In this document: piece by piece, positions 26,901-41,510 of the stretch | How the letters are laid out: each line of letters opens with the position of its first letter | How positions within the stretch are numbered: the first letter of the stretch is position 1 | Assembly: GCF_006345805.1 (NCBI RefSeq) | Contig: NC_043008.1 | Location: 49,972,001-50,036,000, forward strand | DNA length: 64,000 bases | Direction: 5' to 3' | Source of the DNA: Octopus sinensis | Taxonomy: Eukaryota | Translations under genes and position numbers: made by a program | The notes under the pieces: model-generated | What the model was told of the DNA's origin: nothing | Databases searched by the model: none | What the model saw: only the letters and a program-made list of their open reading frames with translations

Positions 26901-29900
26901 TTCGACTAAGGTTCTTTGAGATGGTGCCCCAGCATGGCCACAGTCTAAAGACTGAAACAAGTAAAAGATAAAAGGCAAAAGATGTTCAGCTAATCTGAAA
27001 AATTTGTCCTATTGTGTTGCTGTTGTTTAGCCCCAAGTCAGCCCTGACTGAGTAGACCCATGATCAGAGACATTCCAATCATGACCATTCCAGCTCTTTC
27101 TCAGGTGTAGTGCTTCCAGGACAGCATTCTTCACGTTGTTGTTTCTTTTTATCAATGTTTGAAGAACTGGGATATAGTTGAACATAAAAGAAAATTCCTC
27201 AGTGTATTACTGGTACTTGTTATTCAGACATCAAAGAGCTGAAAGATAAACTTTGGATTGGTACCACAAACTGATTGCCTTTACATGTACAGAACTTTCA
27301 TTCTATTGAGTTGATTCCTTCCAATTCCTTAATTTTCCAGAAACAGATTGAAGAATTAACAGGGAAGAGAGAAATAAAGAAATTATAAATTCCAGGTCAA
27401 AGGTTACAAAGTCAGAGTCAAGATGATTCAGTGAGAAAGAAGAAAAAACATTTTAATAGGAAAATAACAACAACCAAAAAAGGAGCGACTAAAAATTGCA
27501 GAAAAGTGAGAAATGACAACTGGGAGGTGGACAGGGAAAATTACTGGTATTGCTTAAAGGAAGTGTGATATATCTAGACATTTTTGTAGATAGAGGCAGA
27601 ACTAAATAACTGGTGAGCACTGATCTATAAGTGTGTGTGTGTGCAAGTAGTTGTATGTTAGACAGAGTATAACCAGTAATTCAACAGACCAGCTTTTCCA
27701 CATATTGAGTTACACTGATGTGGCCTGTTTAAAGATACATCTCTGTGGAATACTCAGTCACCTTAATGTTAATTTAATAAGTTCAGTTGATTAAACAACT
27801 GGATATGGACTGTCATCATCATCATTATCATCATCATCATTTACCGTCCGCTTTCCATGCTAGCATGGGTTGGACGGGTCAACTGGGGTCTAGGAAGCCA
27901 GAAGGCTTCATCAGGCCCAGTCAGATCTGGCAGTGTTTCTACGGCTGGATGCCCTTCCTAACACCAACCACTCCGCGAGTGTAGTGGGTGTTTTTTACAT
28001 GCCACCTGCACAGGTGCCAGACAGAGCTGGCAAACGGCCACGAACGGACGGTGCTTTTACGTGTCACCGGCACGGGGGCCAGCCGAGGCTGGCAACGAAC
28101 ACGAACGGATGGTGCTTTTACGTGCCACCGACACGGGGCCAGACAGAGCTGGCAAACGGCCACGAACGGACGGTGCTTTTACGTGTCACCGGCACGGGGG
28201 CCAGCCGAGGCTGGCAACGAACACGAACGGATGGTGCTTTTACGTGCCACCGACACGGGGCCAGACAGAGCTGGCAAACGGCCACGAACGGACGGTGCTT
28301 TTACGTGTCACCGGCACGGGGGCCAGCCGAGGCTGGCAACGAACACGAACGGATGGTGCTTTTACGTGCCACCGACACGGGGCCAGACAGAGCTGGCAAA
28401 CGGCCACGAACGGACGGTGCTTTTACGTGTTACCGGCACGGGGGCCAGCCGAGGCTGGCAACAAGGAACCCGTCACCATCATCATCACCATCATCAATAA
28501 TAATCATCATCGTATACATGTACATGTGGTTGTGTATGCAGCTGTATGCATACGGGCATGTGTGTGTATGTGTGTGTATGTGCATACATAGTGGACTGTA
28601 TGTGTATATATGTGCTGACAGTGACCGTGTGCTTGTATAGATACCTCGTCTATCTCTTCACAACACGTGACTGCGGTTTTCCGTTTTTTCTTCTGAACAA
28701 GAAAATAAAATTCACATTCACATGGAGATTCATTGGAAGGAAAAAATATTAAGATTCTAACAAATTCTCATTTGAAACAACAGGAATTACATGTTCTAGA
28801 TTTAAGAGATGAGGAATTATTTACATTATTTACGCTATATGCCCACAGGCATATGGTGTAGTGGTTAAGAGCATGTACTACTAACCTCAAGATTCTGAGT
28901 TCGATTCCAAGCAGTGACCTGAACAATAACAATAATAATAATAATTATAATAACATCGAAAAATAACCTAGGAATGAGAACCCAGGTTCAAAATTTCCCC
29001 AAGACACCTGACATTGGTTATAGATCTGCTACTCGAATACAAGTTAACACTGACAACAACTCATTAGTTACTCCTTTAACGAATAATATATAAAAGCCAC
29101 AACTGTAGACCGACATAGCTGAACAGGTTAATCTTTATAACTGAGACAACCCCTAGCACTATGATACAAACACCTTGTTTTAAAGGGGTCTAAATTTTTT
29201 TTTTAAATGTTATCAATGCTCTCCCTCCTTCTTTAACTAAGCCCTAATAGGAAAGTTACTTCAATCACATGACTTGTCTGTCTCCAACAGAAAACGAAAC
29301 AGAATCTGTTGTGTTGCCATGGTGGGTGGAACTGAGGGAAATTTCACAGCAAAACAGGTCCCCCAGATTTGTCGTTGTTTAATCACACATCTGCTCAGAT
29401 TGGAGAAACCAACAATCAAAGGTGCCCCACTTATGACAGTCCCATTTTGTTCCTATGTACCCAATCCAACGAGTCCTTTCTTTTTATTGTAGCAAGGTTT
29501 GCTTTAAGTGATATTTGGCTGCTATTTCTGGCAGGCTGATTAACTACATGTTAATGGTACATTTAGTACTTCAAGAGCTTTCACAGATAGTCTTTCTCTC
29601 TTTGATGCACACACAAAGTTTCACACACACTCACTCTTCTTCTTCTTCTTCTTCTTCTTCTCCTCTCTCTCTCTCTCACACACACAATTGTGGATGTGTA
29701 TGTAAATGTGAACCGTGTTTGTGTTGAAATAAAGAACTGGATGTATTCCTGTAGTAACCTGGATATATGATATTACCAATTACCATCAGCATAATTATTC
29801 CGAGAATTTTTACATATTTTTGTTGTTGTTGGTGGTGGTGGTGGTGTTGGTGGTGGTGGTGGTTTTCATTCAACTGAAGGAAACTTTGTATGAATGAAGT

Positions 29901-30625
29901 TCTGCACAAATGAAATTCTCAATGAAAAACATTCTTCAAGAAAAAAATTTTCTGAATGAAAGAAAACTGAATGAAAGAAGATTTGAATGAAAGAAAGTAG
30001 GTTTTAGGAAACTGGTTGTTTCCTTCATCCTTGTTTACAAGTAAACAACATTTTCACATGTAACTTCACTCCCTGAAACATGTATGACAATGGTAATGGC
30101 AGCAGCAAACACCACCATCATCATTATTATCATCATCATTGTTACATCTGCATTTTTCATGCAGGGACCGGATGAGATTTTGTCCAGTTTTTTCCTTTTT
30201 TTTTTTTTTACAACCAGATGCCCATCCAGACACTTTGCAGAGAATTACACCGAATTATTCTAAAAGCCAGGAAATGGCCAATTATGTGCTTTTTTGTTTC
30301 CCCCAAAGACGTAAGAGAAGCAACGGAAAAAAAAGGTAACACCATAATGAGAACAGTGAAGAACTTGAAATTATATACAAAAGATTAGCAACAAGAAAGA
30401 AACTTCTTAAAAGAAAAGTGAAACCCCATCTTGAGGAGAAAAGAATGGCAATGAGAAAGCAACACCTGAAAAAAAAACAAAAAAAACAGCAAAGCCCCAT
30501 CTTAAGAAAATTAGCAATAAGAAAGCAAAAACCCAAAGAAGCAATAAAGCCTCAAAGTAAATTTCCAAAGAAAGGTAAAATCTTAAAAGAGAAAAGTAAA
30601 TCGTCAACAGAGAGAAATATCTATC

Positions 30626-30673
<48 letters not shown>

Positions 30674-33600
30674 TAGCTATTGTTAAGCAGAAATTTTTTT
30701 TTTTTTTAAATGATAAAGAATAATAGAACAAGGTTACGTACATAATTTCCAGATGAGGGCTGAAATCGGTGAGACACTAGTATATATAGCGTATATATGT
30801 ATATGTGTGCGTATATATATGTATATATAGCATATATGGTAATATGTTGGTAACAAATGATGGACAATAACAGAAAAAATATTAGAACTCTTTGCAGCAG
30901 AAATTCCAACCAATCAACAGAGCTAATTGAATTCGTTACTGGTATTGATTTCTCAAACATGCATTATATATATATATCTTTTACACACAGAACATATAAC
31001 GAATGCGATCGTCATTCTCATAATTCATTTTCACAGCTACAACTTTCATATATTTGAACCATTTCAGTTTATCTGCCCAGGTGTATATGTGCATGCATGT
31101 GCTTATAAGATCAGAACTTAACTGCAACTCTTGGTGGCCCAAAAAGTGCTTAGCCTTTACACTGTAAAAATGTAAGAAACGTTGCAAAGCTAAGCCCTTA
31201 ATGGATGTAAAACCCAGGGTAATCCCATAGACCGGCTATAATTATCTCTATCTAAAAACAACATGAAGAATGGAGTTGTCACATATTATTTATGATATAA
31301 ATGCAATACCAACTCTTTCAGTCTTCAGTTGTTATTTATACTTCAAGATTGATGTTAACCATCCAGATTTTCTGTTTGTGTGGAACTAATGTTTCTATTG
31401 AAGAAATTCTCCTTCCTAAACAACTGGACAGACAGGAATGCTGCTTGAAGTAACCATCGGGATTCCTGGATCCCTTTTCATTTATCACACACACACACAC
31501 ACGCACACACAGTGCCTGTACAGTACTCCTTCCATCAAATCAACATTTTTTGTATAGGGAACAGTGTACCACATGTCAGATGTTGACATCGCAGTGCAAT
31601 CCTCCTCCTCATCATCATCATCATCGTTTAACATCCGCTTTCCATGCTGGCATGGGTTGGACGATTTGACTGGGGACTGGCGAACAAGATGGCTGCACCA
31701 GGCTCCAATCTAACAAGGCAGAGTTTCTACAGCTGGATGCCCTTCCTAATGCCAACCACTCCAAGAGTGTTGTGGGTGCTTTTACGTGCCACCGGCATGA
31801 GAACCAGTCGGGCAGTTCTGGCAATGCACAAGAACAGAATGCAACACTTGGCCTAGGAATTAAAACCATCATCCCACAATCATGAGGGCAGCACCTAAAC
31901 ACTGGGCCATGCACCCTCACCTATATGTCATCATTATATACACACACACACACACAGAAAGCACTTTGTTGAACTCAGTTTTAACATTGCATGCACATAT
32001 ACATGTGTGTGTGTGTGTGTGTGTGTGCATACATTCATATATGGTGATATGTGCATATACATACACACATATATATATGCTTATATGTATGTATTTATAT
32101 ATCTTACATATAAGAGAACAAAGGGTATGTACGCCACTATATATATATATATATATATATATGTATAAAATACAAAATGGAACAACAACGCAAAACATCC
32201 GGACAACTAGTCGAGGAGAGAAAGCTTTGAATGACCCATCCTTGTTTTCTTTGTATTGTCTATCTGGATGTTTCGTTGTCCTTTTTTGTATCACCTAGTT
32301 GTCTGGATATTTTGCGTCCTTGTCCCATTTTGTATTTTATACACACATATATATATATCTTGATATGTGTATGTGTGTGTATGTATGTATGTATGTATAT
32401 CATCATCATCATGGTTTAACATCTGCTGTCCATGGGTTGGACATTTTGATCAGAGTTTGAAGGCTGGGAAGCTTATATGTATGTATATATATATATATAT
32501 ATATATCACGTGACCGACCAGACCATCAGATGTTGTTACACATCGCTGGTCACAATGCGTTCGCATTGTTTTAGCCTTCGAATGACGCCACCCTGCTGGC
32601 TAAGCGAGCAGGCCAATATATATATATATATATGAATATATACATACATGTATACACACACACATGTAAATATGTATATGTTAGTGCATGTATTATATAT
32701 GTATATATATATTATATATGTATATATGTATTATATATGTATATGTGTGCATAACATACACACACACACACACGCACACACACGTACACACACACACACA
32801 CACACACCTATCACAGGTACATAAACATGGATAGGTATGATGAAATTCTTGCACAACTTACTAAACTATGGTGCAGCTTCTGTTTCATTTCCTTCCGTTC
32901 CGGTTCCGCTGGAATCGTGTCCTGTTCATCAAGATTCCCATCGAACTCAGTTCCGGTCTCATCTACTTTGGTCACCACGAACCGTGGTATTGGCTGTGGC
33001 AACTTTGGTGAGGAATTCTTGCGAACGATTGACGGTGAGGATGTTTTTCTGAACCTCCCTGGAGACGGTGGAGGAGAGAGCGTGTGCGACGAGGGTTTCC
33101 GATCATTCAGCAAAGTCTGGTTGCTGCTTAGATGTAACCATAGCAACCGTTCCAACTCAAATCGTTGAATGGAACCAAGAAGAATCATTGATTCTGCAAA
33201 AAAAAAAAATTTAATGAAATTAAATGAGATTTTCTTTTTAAAGGCATAACAGGTATTTTGATTCTCATCGTCATCATCGTTTTAAGGTCCACTTTTCCAT
33301 GCTTGCAGGGGTCAGGCTGAGTTTATTGAGGCAGATTTTCTATAGCTGGATGCCTTTGCTGTTACAAACCCTCACCCATTTCCAAGCAAGGTAATATTTC
33401 ACCCATGGCCAGACATATTATCCATGGAAGACAGAAAACAAACAACACCACTTGTATGAGGGTGATGCTCTTTTACAACTATCACATGATGTCAAGACAA
33501 ACAAGGAAGCACACACACATACATATGTACACAAAACAGGATTCCACACAGTTTCCGCCTACCAAATCCACTCACAATGCTTTGGTTGGCCTGGAGGTAT

Positions 33601-34073
33601 AATAGAAGACATTTGTCCAAGGTGCCAAGCAGTGGAACTGAACCCAAGACCACATGGTTGGGACGCAAGCTTTACAACCACACAACCATGCCTGCATCTA
33701 TCTGTGTGAAAAGAGTAATGGGTAAAGACACCCTTTGGCCACAAATACCCATGGGATTGCACCTAGAAAGTTCCCTTCCAAAGCACAAATCTGGGCAAGG
33801 TTATTTATGGAAGTCCAGCAGTCACCGATGCATACTAGCCTTCCTCTCTCCATGCCACCGATGTTGTCCAAGGGAAAAGCAAAGGGGCCAATACAGCTTG
33901 GCATTAGTGATGTCGCAACTCATTTCTACAGGTGAGTGAACTGGAGCAATGTGAAAGAAAATGTCTTGCTCAAGGACACAACACACAGCCCCTGTCCAAT
34001 GCATTCGTATACGAGTGCTTGTATTGATATTATTGTATGAGTGGACAGTGGTCACAAATTTCAGTGTACTCTG

Positions 34074-34142
<69 letters not shown>

Positions 34143-37100
34143 ATGATTGCTGTTACTACAATAAGAGCAATGCTGATGTTGCTATGGTCATCACAAACCA
34201 ACCAAGGACCGACACAAAGGAGTCTGGTTACTTACCAGGAGTATCCACAAGTGGGTAGGATTTGAAGGATGAGTTGGTGAGTAACTCCTGCAGATCGTAA
34301 TACGTCGATACAAATGTGATATAACTGATATCTTTTATCATGATGTCTTCAACAAATACAGTCCAGGCACTAGATTAAGAAGAAAGAAAAAACAGAAATA
34401 AAAGAAAAACACAACAGACATTTTTAGGGTAAACACTTGTGCGCTGAGGGTTTTGCTTTACTCCATTTCTAAATACAAGAGTTGATGTCTCATTAAGAGA
34501 TGAAACAGCTCTATAGGTATTTTGGCCCCTTCTTATTTCTTTATTGCCCACAAGGGGCGAACAAGGGCAGACAAAGGGATTAAGTCAATTACATCGACCC
34601 CAGTGTGTAACTGGTACTTAATTTATCGATCCCGATAGGATGAAAGGCAAAGTCGACCTCGGCACAATTTGAACTCAGAACGTAGCAGCAGGCGAAATAC
34701 TGCTAAGCATTTCGCCCGGCATGCTAACGATTCGGCAAGTTTTGGCCCCTTCTGCTGTGACACAAGAGTTTCCTAGGGTCACCCACCAATGTGGCCAACA
34801 AGACTCCCGCACAACAGCATGGGCTGTGTTGAGTCAGAGGTTGTGACTCTTGGCCAGTTGTTTCTACCAACCTCAATGCTCATTCATGCTGTACCACTTC
34901 TCTCTTGAGTCGACAAATGAAAGTTCCTCAAAATAGGGAACAGTAAGGAAATTTTCATTTGCCACAAGAGCAAGCTTGCTACATTTAATAATAATAATAG
35001 TAGTAGTAGAAGTGGTGGTGGTGGTGGTGGTGGTGGTAGTAGTAGTAGTAGTAGTAATAGTAATAGTAATAGTAATAATAATAATACTAATAATAATAAT
35101 GCAGGCATTATTATTTAAAACAGTTATGTTTTCAAATTATGTCCTATCACTTTACGAATTCACTTCTAACGACTAAAAGCCAATGCTACTATTGACGAAT
35201 TTCAAAACAGGGTTAACCAGAATTCTAACCAATTTGTTTCAAATTCGATTTTTGAGACTTGGCATGGAAATATCTATAATTGAAAACTAAGAAATAATTT
35301 TTTGAAGAAGAAGAAGGAAAAAGTGGAGAGGAAGTAAAATAGCGAAACTCAAGAAACTACTTACTCTTGTTTAGTGTTGATGAGGTCAGGAAGATAGGGC
35401 AGCCTTTTTAACCGAATGATGCTGTCATAGAAGGAAGGCTGCAAAAAATGTGCAACTGCATTGGCAATCAACACAGCAACCTGCAAGATAAAAAAAATGG
35501 TAACATGTCAGCCATGATAAGTGCACTTTATTCTACCATCATCATCATCATCATCATTTTAATACTCTTTACTCTTTTACTTGTTTCAGTCATTTGACTG
35601 CGGCCATGCTGGAGCACCGCCTTTAATTGAGCAACTCGACCCCGGGACTTATTCTTTTTGTAAGCCCAGTACTTATTCTATCGGTCTCTTTTGCCGAACC
35701 GCTAAGTAACGGAGACATAAACACACCAGCATCGGTTGTCAAGCAATGCTAGGGCGACAAACACACACACATGCCTATATATATATACATATATACGACA
35801 GGCTTCTTTTCAGTTTCCGTCTACCAAATCCACTCACAAGGCTTTGGTCGGCCCAAGGCTATAGTAGAAGACACTTGCCCAAGGTGCCACGCAGTGGGAC
35901 TGAACCCGGAACCATGTGGTTGGTAAGCAAGCTACTTACCACACAGCCATTCCTGCGCCTATGGCCACTTTTCCATACTTGCATGGGTCAAACAAAGTTT
36001 ACAGACACAGATTTTTCACAGCTGGATGTCCTTCCTGTTGCCAACATTCACCTGTTTCTAAGCAAGGTAATATTTCCCCATGGCGGCAAGTTGGTAGAAA
36101 CGTTAGCATGCTAGGCAAAATGCGTAGCCGTATTTTATCTGCCGTTATGTCCTGAGTTCAAATTCCGCCAAGGTCGACTTTGCCTTTCATCCTTTTGGGG
36201 TCGATAAATTAAGTACCTATTTCTTTACTACCCACAAGGGGCTAAACACAGAGGGGACAAACGGATTAAGTTGATTACATCGACTCCAGTGCGTAACTGG
36301 TACTTAATTTATCGACCACGAAAGGATGAAAGGCAAAGTCGACCTCGGCGGAATTTGAACTCAGAACGTAACAGCAGACGAAATACTGCTAAGCATTTCG
36401 CCCAGCATGCTAACATTTCTGCCAGCTCGCTGCTTTATAAATAAGTACCAGTTACGCACTAGGGTCGATGTAATCAACTTAATCCATTTGTCTGTCCTTG
36501 TTTGTCCCCTCTGTGTTTAGCCCCTTGTGGGTAGTAAAGAAATAGATAATATTTCCCCAAGGCCAAAGATGTTTTCACAGAAGACTGGAAATGAACGACA
36601 CTGCTTGTACGACAGTGACACTCACTTACAACTATCAGGCAGTGTCAAGACAAGGAAAAAGTAACAAATGAACGAATGTCCTTATGTCCATGTGGCAGCA
36701 TGTCACTCTACCATTTCTGCTACTCTTTCACAAACATCATCACCATTTTAACATACACTTTTCCATGCCTCGTGCCTGCAAGGATCGGACAGAGGTCATT
36801 GGGGTAGATTTTTCACAACTGGATGCCCTTCCTGTCACCAACCCTATAGACAAAGTAATACTTTTCCAGTACTGGACATCGCTTTTTAGGAAAGATTGGA
36901 AGCAAGCAACACCACTTGCAGGATGGTGACTCTCATTTACAATTATCACATAATGTCAAGACAAGGACACACACATTGGACAGGTTCCTTCCAGCTTCTA
37001 CTCACAAGGCTCTGGTCAACCTGGGGATTTAGTAAAAGAGATTTGCTGAAGCTGCTGTGCAGTGGGATTGAACTTGAAATCAAGCTGTACCTTGAAATCA

Positions 37101-39633
37101 AGAGGACAGATCCTGTTGTCTACAGCTCTTTCCTGCAATCAAACCTGGACACAATGCAGCAATGGATCACAGACTGGCAACTGAAACTGGCTGTGGACAA
37201 GTGTACCACCATGCATTTTGGGAGAAAAAACCCTGCGTCCACATACTCCCTCCACAACACTGATATCAAGAAATCCTCTTGCGAGCGTGACCTAGGCATC
37301 ACTGTCAGCAGTGATTTGCGTTGGACAAAGCATATCTCTAAAATTGTCAAGAAGGCCGAGGGTGTCTTGGCATCACTCAGCAAGACTTTTGTTAGCCGCT
37401 CTCCAGCCATCTATTTAAAACTGTATACAGCTATGGTACGACCACACTTGGAATTCGCATCATCAGTTTGGAACCCCTATCTTGCTCAGAACATTGACCT
37501 CCTGGAATCTGTTCAGAGACATGCAACCAAACGCATACCCTCCATCAGACACCTACTATATTCTGAGCGCCTTGTTTCCCTGGGCATGGATTCACTGAAG
37601 CTCCGGCGTCTGGCGACGGACTTGGTAAACGCCCACAAAGTTATCAACCACCTCACCAATAACAACACTGAACACCTTTTTGATCTCCATGTGTCTAACA
37701 CACGTGGACATGCCTACAAAGTCAGAAAACAACACAGCTCCCATGACTTTCGGAAACATTTCTTCACGCTCAGAGTTGCTGAAACATGGAATAAACTGCC
37801 TGCGTCAGTTGTTGACTGCCATGACACTGCATCCTTTAAGGCCCTCATGCTTTCCGAAATCCGTTGAAACTACACCTGATTATATATGCACTTTAGATGA
37901 GTTGTAGTGCACCTGAGCACTGTACACAATGTATATTATTATTATCATGTGGCTAGGAAGCAAACCTCTTAACTGCACAGACATGCCTAATAAGGTCTCT
38001 AGCACAGGCACAAGACCTTAAATTTTGCACACCACAGACCTACGTATGTAACTGGTAGTTTATTTATATCAACCCTGAAAGGACAAAAATCAAAGTTACC
38101 CAAATAAAAAATGCAATGCAATGGCCATGGGTGGAATGCCTTGGGTCATAGATCTCACCCAGGATAAACAACAACAATAAATATAAGTGAATTTTTTATA
38201 ATAGTTTCACACATACACATATCATCATCATCATCTTCATCATTGCTGTTTAATGTCTGCTTTCCACACTGTTATAGATTGGGTGGTTCAAAAGAAACTG
38301 ACAAGCCAGAGGACTTTGCCGAATTTCAAGATCTACTTTGGGATGGTTTCTATGGGCAGATGCCATTCCTAAAACCAACCACTTTACAGAGTGACATATG
38401 CATACACACAAACATGTGTAAACATGGGAAGAGGACGTTAAAATGCTGATAAAACACACACCAATACACAAGCACACACAGTAATTTATTGTAGCCAACT
38501 AATGCAACCACAATCATTGATGTGAACCCAGGGGAGATAAATGGTAATGGAGAATCTGGAGGGATTTGAAACAGTAACAAAATTATTTCTAAGACACTAA
38601 ATTCACATACATCAACACCAGCACCTGACTGGTACTTATTTCATAAATCCAGAAGAGATTAAAGGCTAAGTCAACCTTGGTAGCGTTTCAACACAAGTTA
38701 TAACTAAATGTGTTCAAATCAATTTTCTCCAGCATTTTACCGATTCTGTGAAGTAACTATAATAACAAGAGCACTCAGAGAGCTCAAATCTCCGCCAAGG
38801 CAACACCAATGTCTTCTCAACAATTAGCCGGAGATGACTTTTAAAATGAGGATATCTGAAATAAATTCAACTGCTCTCACAAACGAGAGTACTAAAAATG
38901 AACCCGACCTATCTCAAAAATTAAGTAAAAAATAAAAACGGAAAAATGATCCAGAATCCTTGTCCGGTACTGAATCAGTCCCAAAATCTAATCAGTTTGA
39001 GGCCAAACATCCCTGAAAGTTTCATCCAAATCCATCCAGCGGTTCTTGAGATATCTTGTCCAAAGCAATCAACCAAACAAACAAATACAACTGAAAACAA
39101 TACCTTTGCCTTCGCTAAGGCAGAGGTAATAATAAGAATAACAACTTACCACAGCAGGCAACACATGGCTAATCTGACCAGTAAGTTCAAATACTATCAC
39201 AGACGTGGATATTGTACGCGTTACGCTTCCAGAGAGGGCTGCCGCACCTGAAGTGGTCATCAGAAGATTTTAAAACACATGTTGTTATATAAGACATTAT
39301 CAAAATAATACAACATTATCTGAATAGTAGAGCATTATCTAAGGAAAGGCATCCAGCCACAAAAACTATGACAAAACAGACACTGGAACTTGACACAGTT
39401 CTCTGGCTCCTTGGGTCCTGTTGAATTGTCCAACCAATGGCAGCATACAAAACAGATGATGATGATAAGAACATTATCAAAGTATTGTAGACATTAACTA
39501 AATACTAACAGTATCAAAATAAACATTATCAAAATATTGATTTCGAATTTTGGCACAAGGCCAGCAATTTTGGCAGAGGTGATAAGTCAATTACATTGAC
39601 CCCAATGATGATAGTGATGGTACTAATTTTGAG

Positions 39634-39667
<34 letters not shown>

Positions 39668-40338
39668 TCTGTCTGTCAGTGTCTGTGTGTGTGTGTCTGT
39701 GCGTGTGTGTGTCTGTGTGTCTGTGTGTATGTCTGTGTGTGTCTGTGTGTGGTGTGTGTGTGTGTGTGTACACGTGCGTGTGTGCATATGCACTTGCGTA
39801 TATACTTACCAACCACAGCATATCCTCCAGGAACTATTTTCCGAACAACATCTCCGCTACGAATTCCTTCCGGAAACCATGTAGACATACTCTCGCCGAC
39901 CAGCCTTCCAAATGCGGCCCCTTCACAGAAGACAAATCATAAATACATTTCAGAACAATCCAGAAGGACAATCATTCATTTCAGGTTAAATGTCAGGACA
40001 TGAATTTATACAGCTTTGCAGGAGATCAATACAATTCTTAAATACCTGATTGCACTAAAACTACACTGAATTGTGCCCAGTGAATTATTTAGGGTGCATA
40101 AAATTACAAATTATACAACAATTTTCGATATATATATATATATATCAAAATTATTCTTTTATTCTTTTACTTGTTTCAGTCACTTGACTGTGGCCATACT
40201 GCAGCAAAAGTGACCGATAGAATAAGTACTAGGCCTACAATGAAAAGCGGTGCTCCAGCATGGACACAGTCAAATGACTGAAGCAAGTAAAAGAATAGAA
40301 GAAACCATTTTACCCAGCTTGCTGCCATGACAATGATG

Positions 40339-40413
<75 letters not shown>

Positions 40414-41467
40414 TAATAATAATGATGATGATGATGATGATGATGATGATGGCTTCTTCCATCAAAGACAACATACGAATGTTCAGCTTTTGCCAAACAA
40501 CCTGCACAGATGATTGGTTTATGGTGATCGAATGTGCTGGGCCCGTAAATGAGCTCCCTCCCTTCATCAAATCAATGGTGCCTGATCAGGTGCACAGTGT
40601 GTCAAGTGTCAAAGTGATCATCAAACAACATGAGATGAAGGACTTTACTCAAGAACACAATACACCACCTGATCTAGGAATTGAAACCAAGATCTTGTGA
40701 TAGTGAACGCAACGCCCTAACCACTAGGCCATGTGTCCTCAATCATCGTCATCATCTTCATCATCGTTGTTTAACGTCCGCTTTCCATGCTGGCATGGGC
40801 TGGACAGTTTGACAGAGGACAGGCAAACCAGATGGCTGCACCAGACTCCAATCTGATCAGGCAAGGTTCCTACAGCTGGATGCCTTCCTAATGCCAACCA
40901 CTCAGAGTGTAGTGGGTGCTTTTTTGTGCTACCGGCACAAGGGCCAGTCAGGTAGTACTGGCATCGACCACGCTTGAATGGTGCTTTTTACATGCCACCG
41001 GCACAGGACCCAGTCACTACAAGCAATGATAATGATAATTCTTCCTATTATAGGCACAAGGCCTGAAATTTGGTGGGGAAGGAGTTAGTCAATTACATCA
41101 ACCCCCAGTACTCAACTGGTACTTATTTTATCAGCCCCGAAATAACAAAAGGAAAAGCTGACCTTGGTGGGATTTGAACTCAGAAAAATAAAGAGCCAGA
41201 AGAAATACCACTTAGTATTTTGTCTGACGCACCGGCAATTCTGCCATCTTACCATCCTAGTGATAATCATGATAACAAAGGTTTCCACTACTTAATAATG
41301 GTATAGTGTCGATGGGGGTGGAAAGGGCACGGAGATTGCAAAGAGAAGAAAGAGTATATGCAAATGAGGCGTGTCATTGTTTTTGGGAAAAAATTAAAGG
41401 GAAAAATGTCCATGAGATGAAAGAATAAAGTTATCAGAAGCACCAGATATGTCTGCCTTACTTAGCA

Positions 41468-41510
<43 letters not shown>

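Noticed and set aside
28016-28462. CRISPR-like array of hairpin repeats
   Set aside because: The intervening sequences are identical rather than unique spacers, it lies inside a SINE, and the context is eukaryotic with no cas genes
30282-30723. Lys-rich ORF on + and a strong minus-strand acceptor at 30465
   Set aside because: A-rich degenerate minisatellite; no convincing donor and no homology
30740-30790. Hammerhead-like cagatgagggctgaaa..gagacactagta
   Set aside because: Core positions mutated; stems I and II do not pair
32811-32861. Terminal exon or truncated isoform ending [16 protein letters not shown]
   Set aside because: A consensus donor TTA|gtaagt precedes it, downstream in-frame exons exist, and I saw no polyadenylation signal nearby
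36896-37082. N-terminal 60 aa of the 323-aa ORF as part of the LINE protein
   Set aside because: It is read-through from flanking SINE/repeat sequence; RT similarity starts after about 37090
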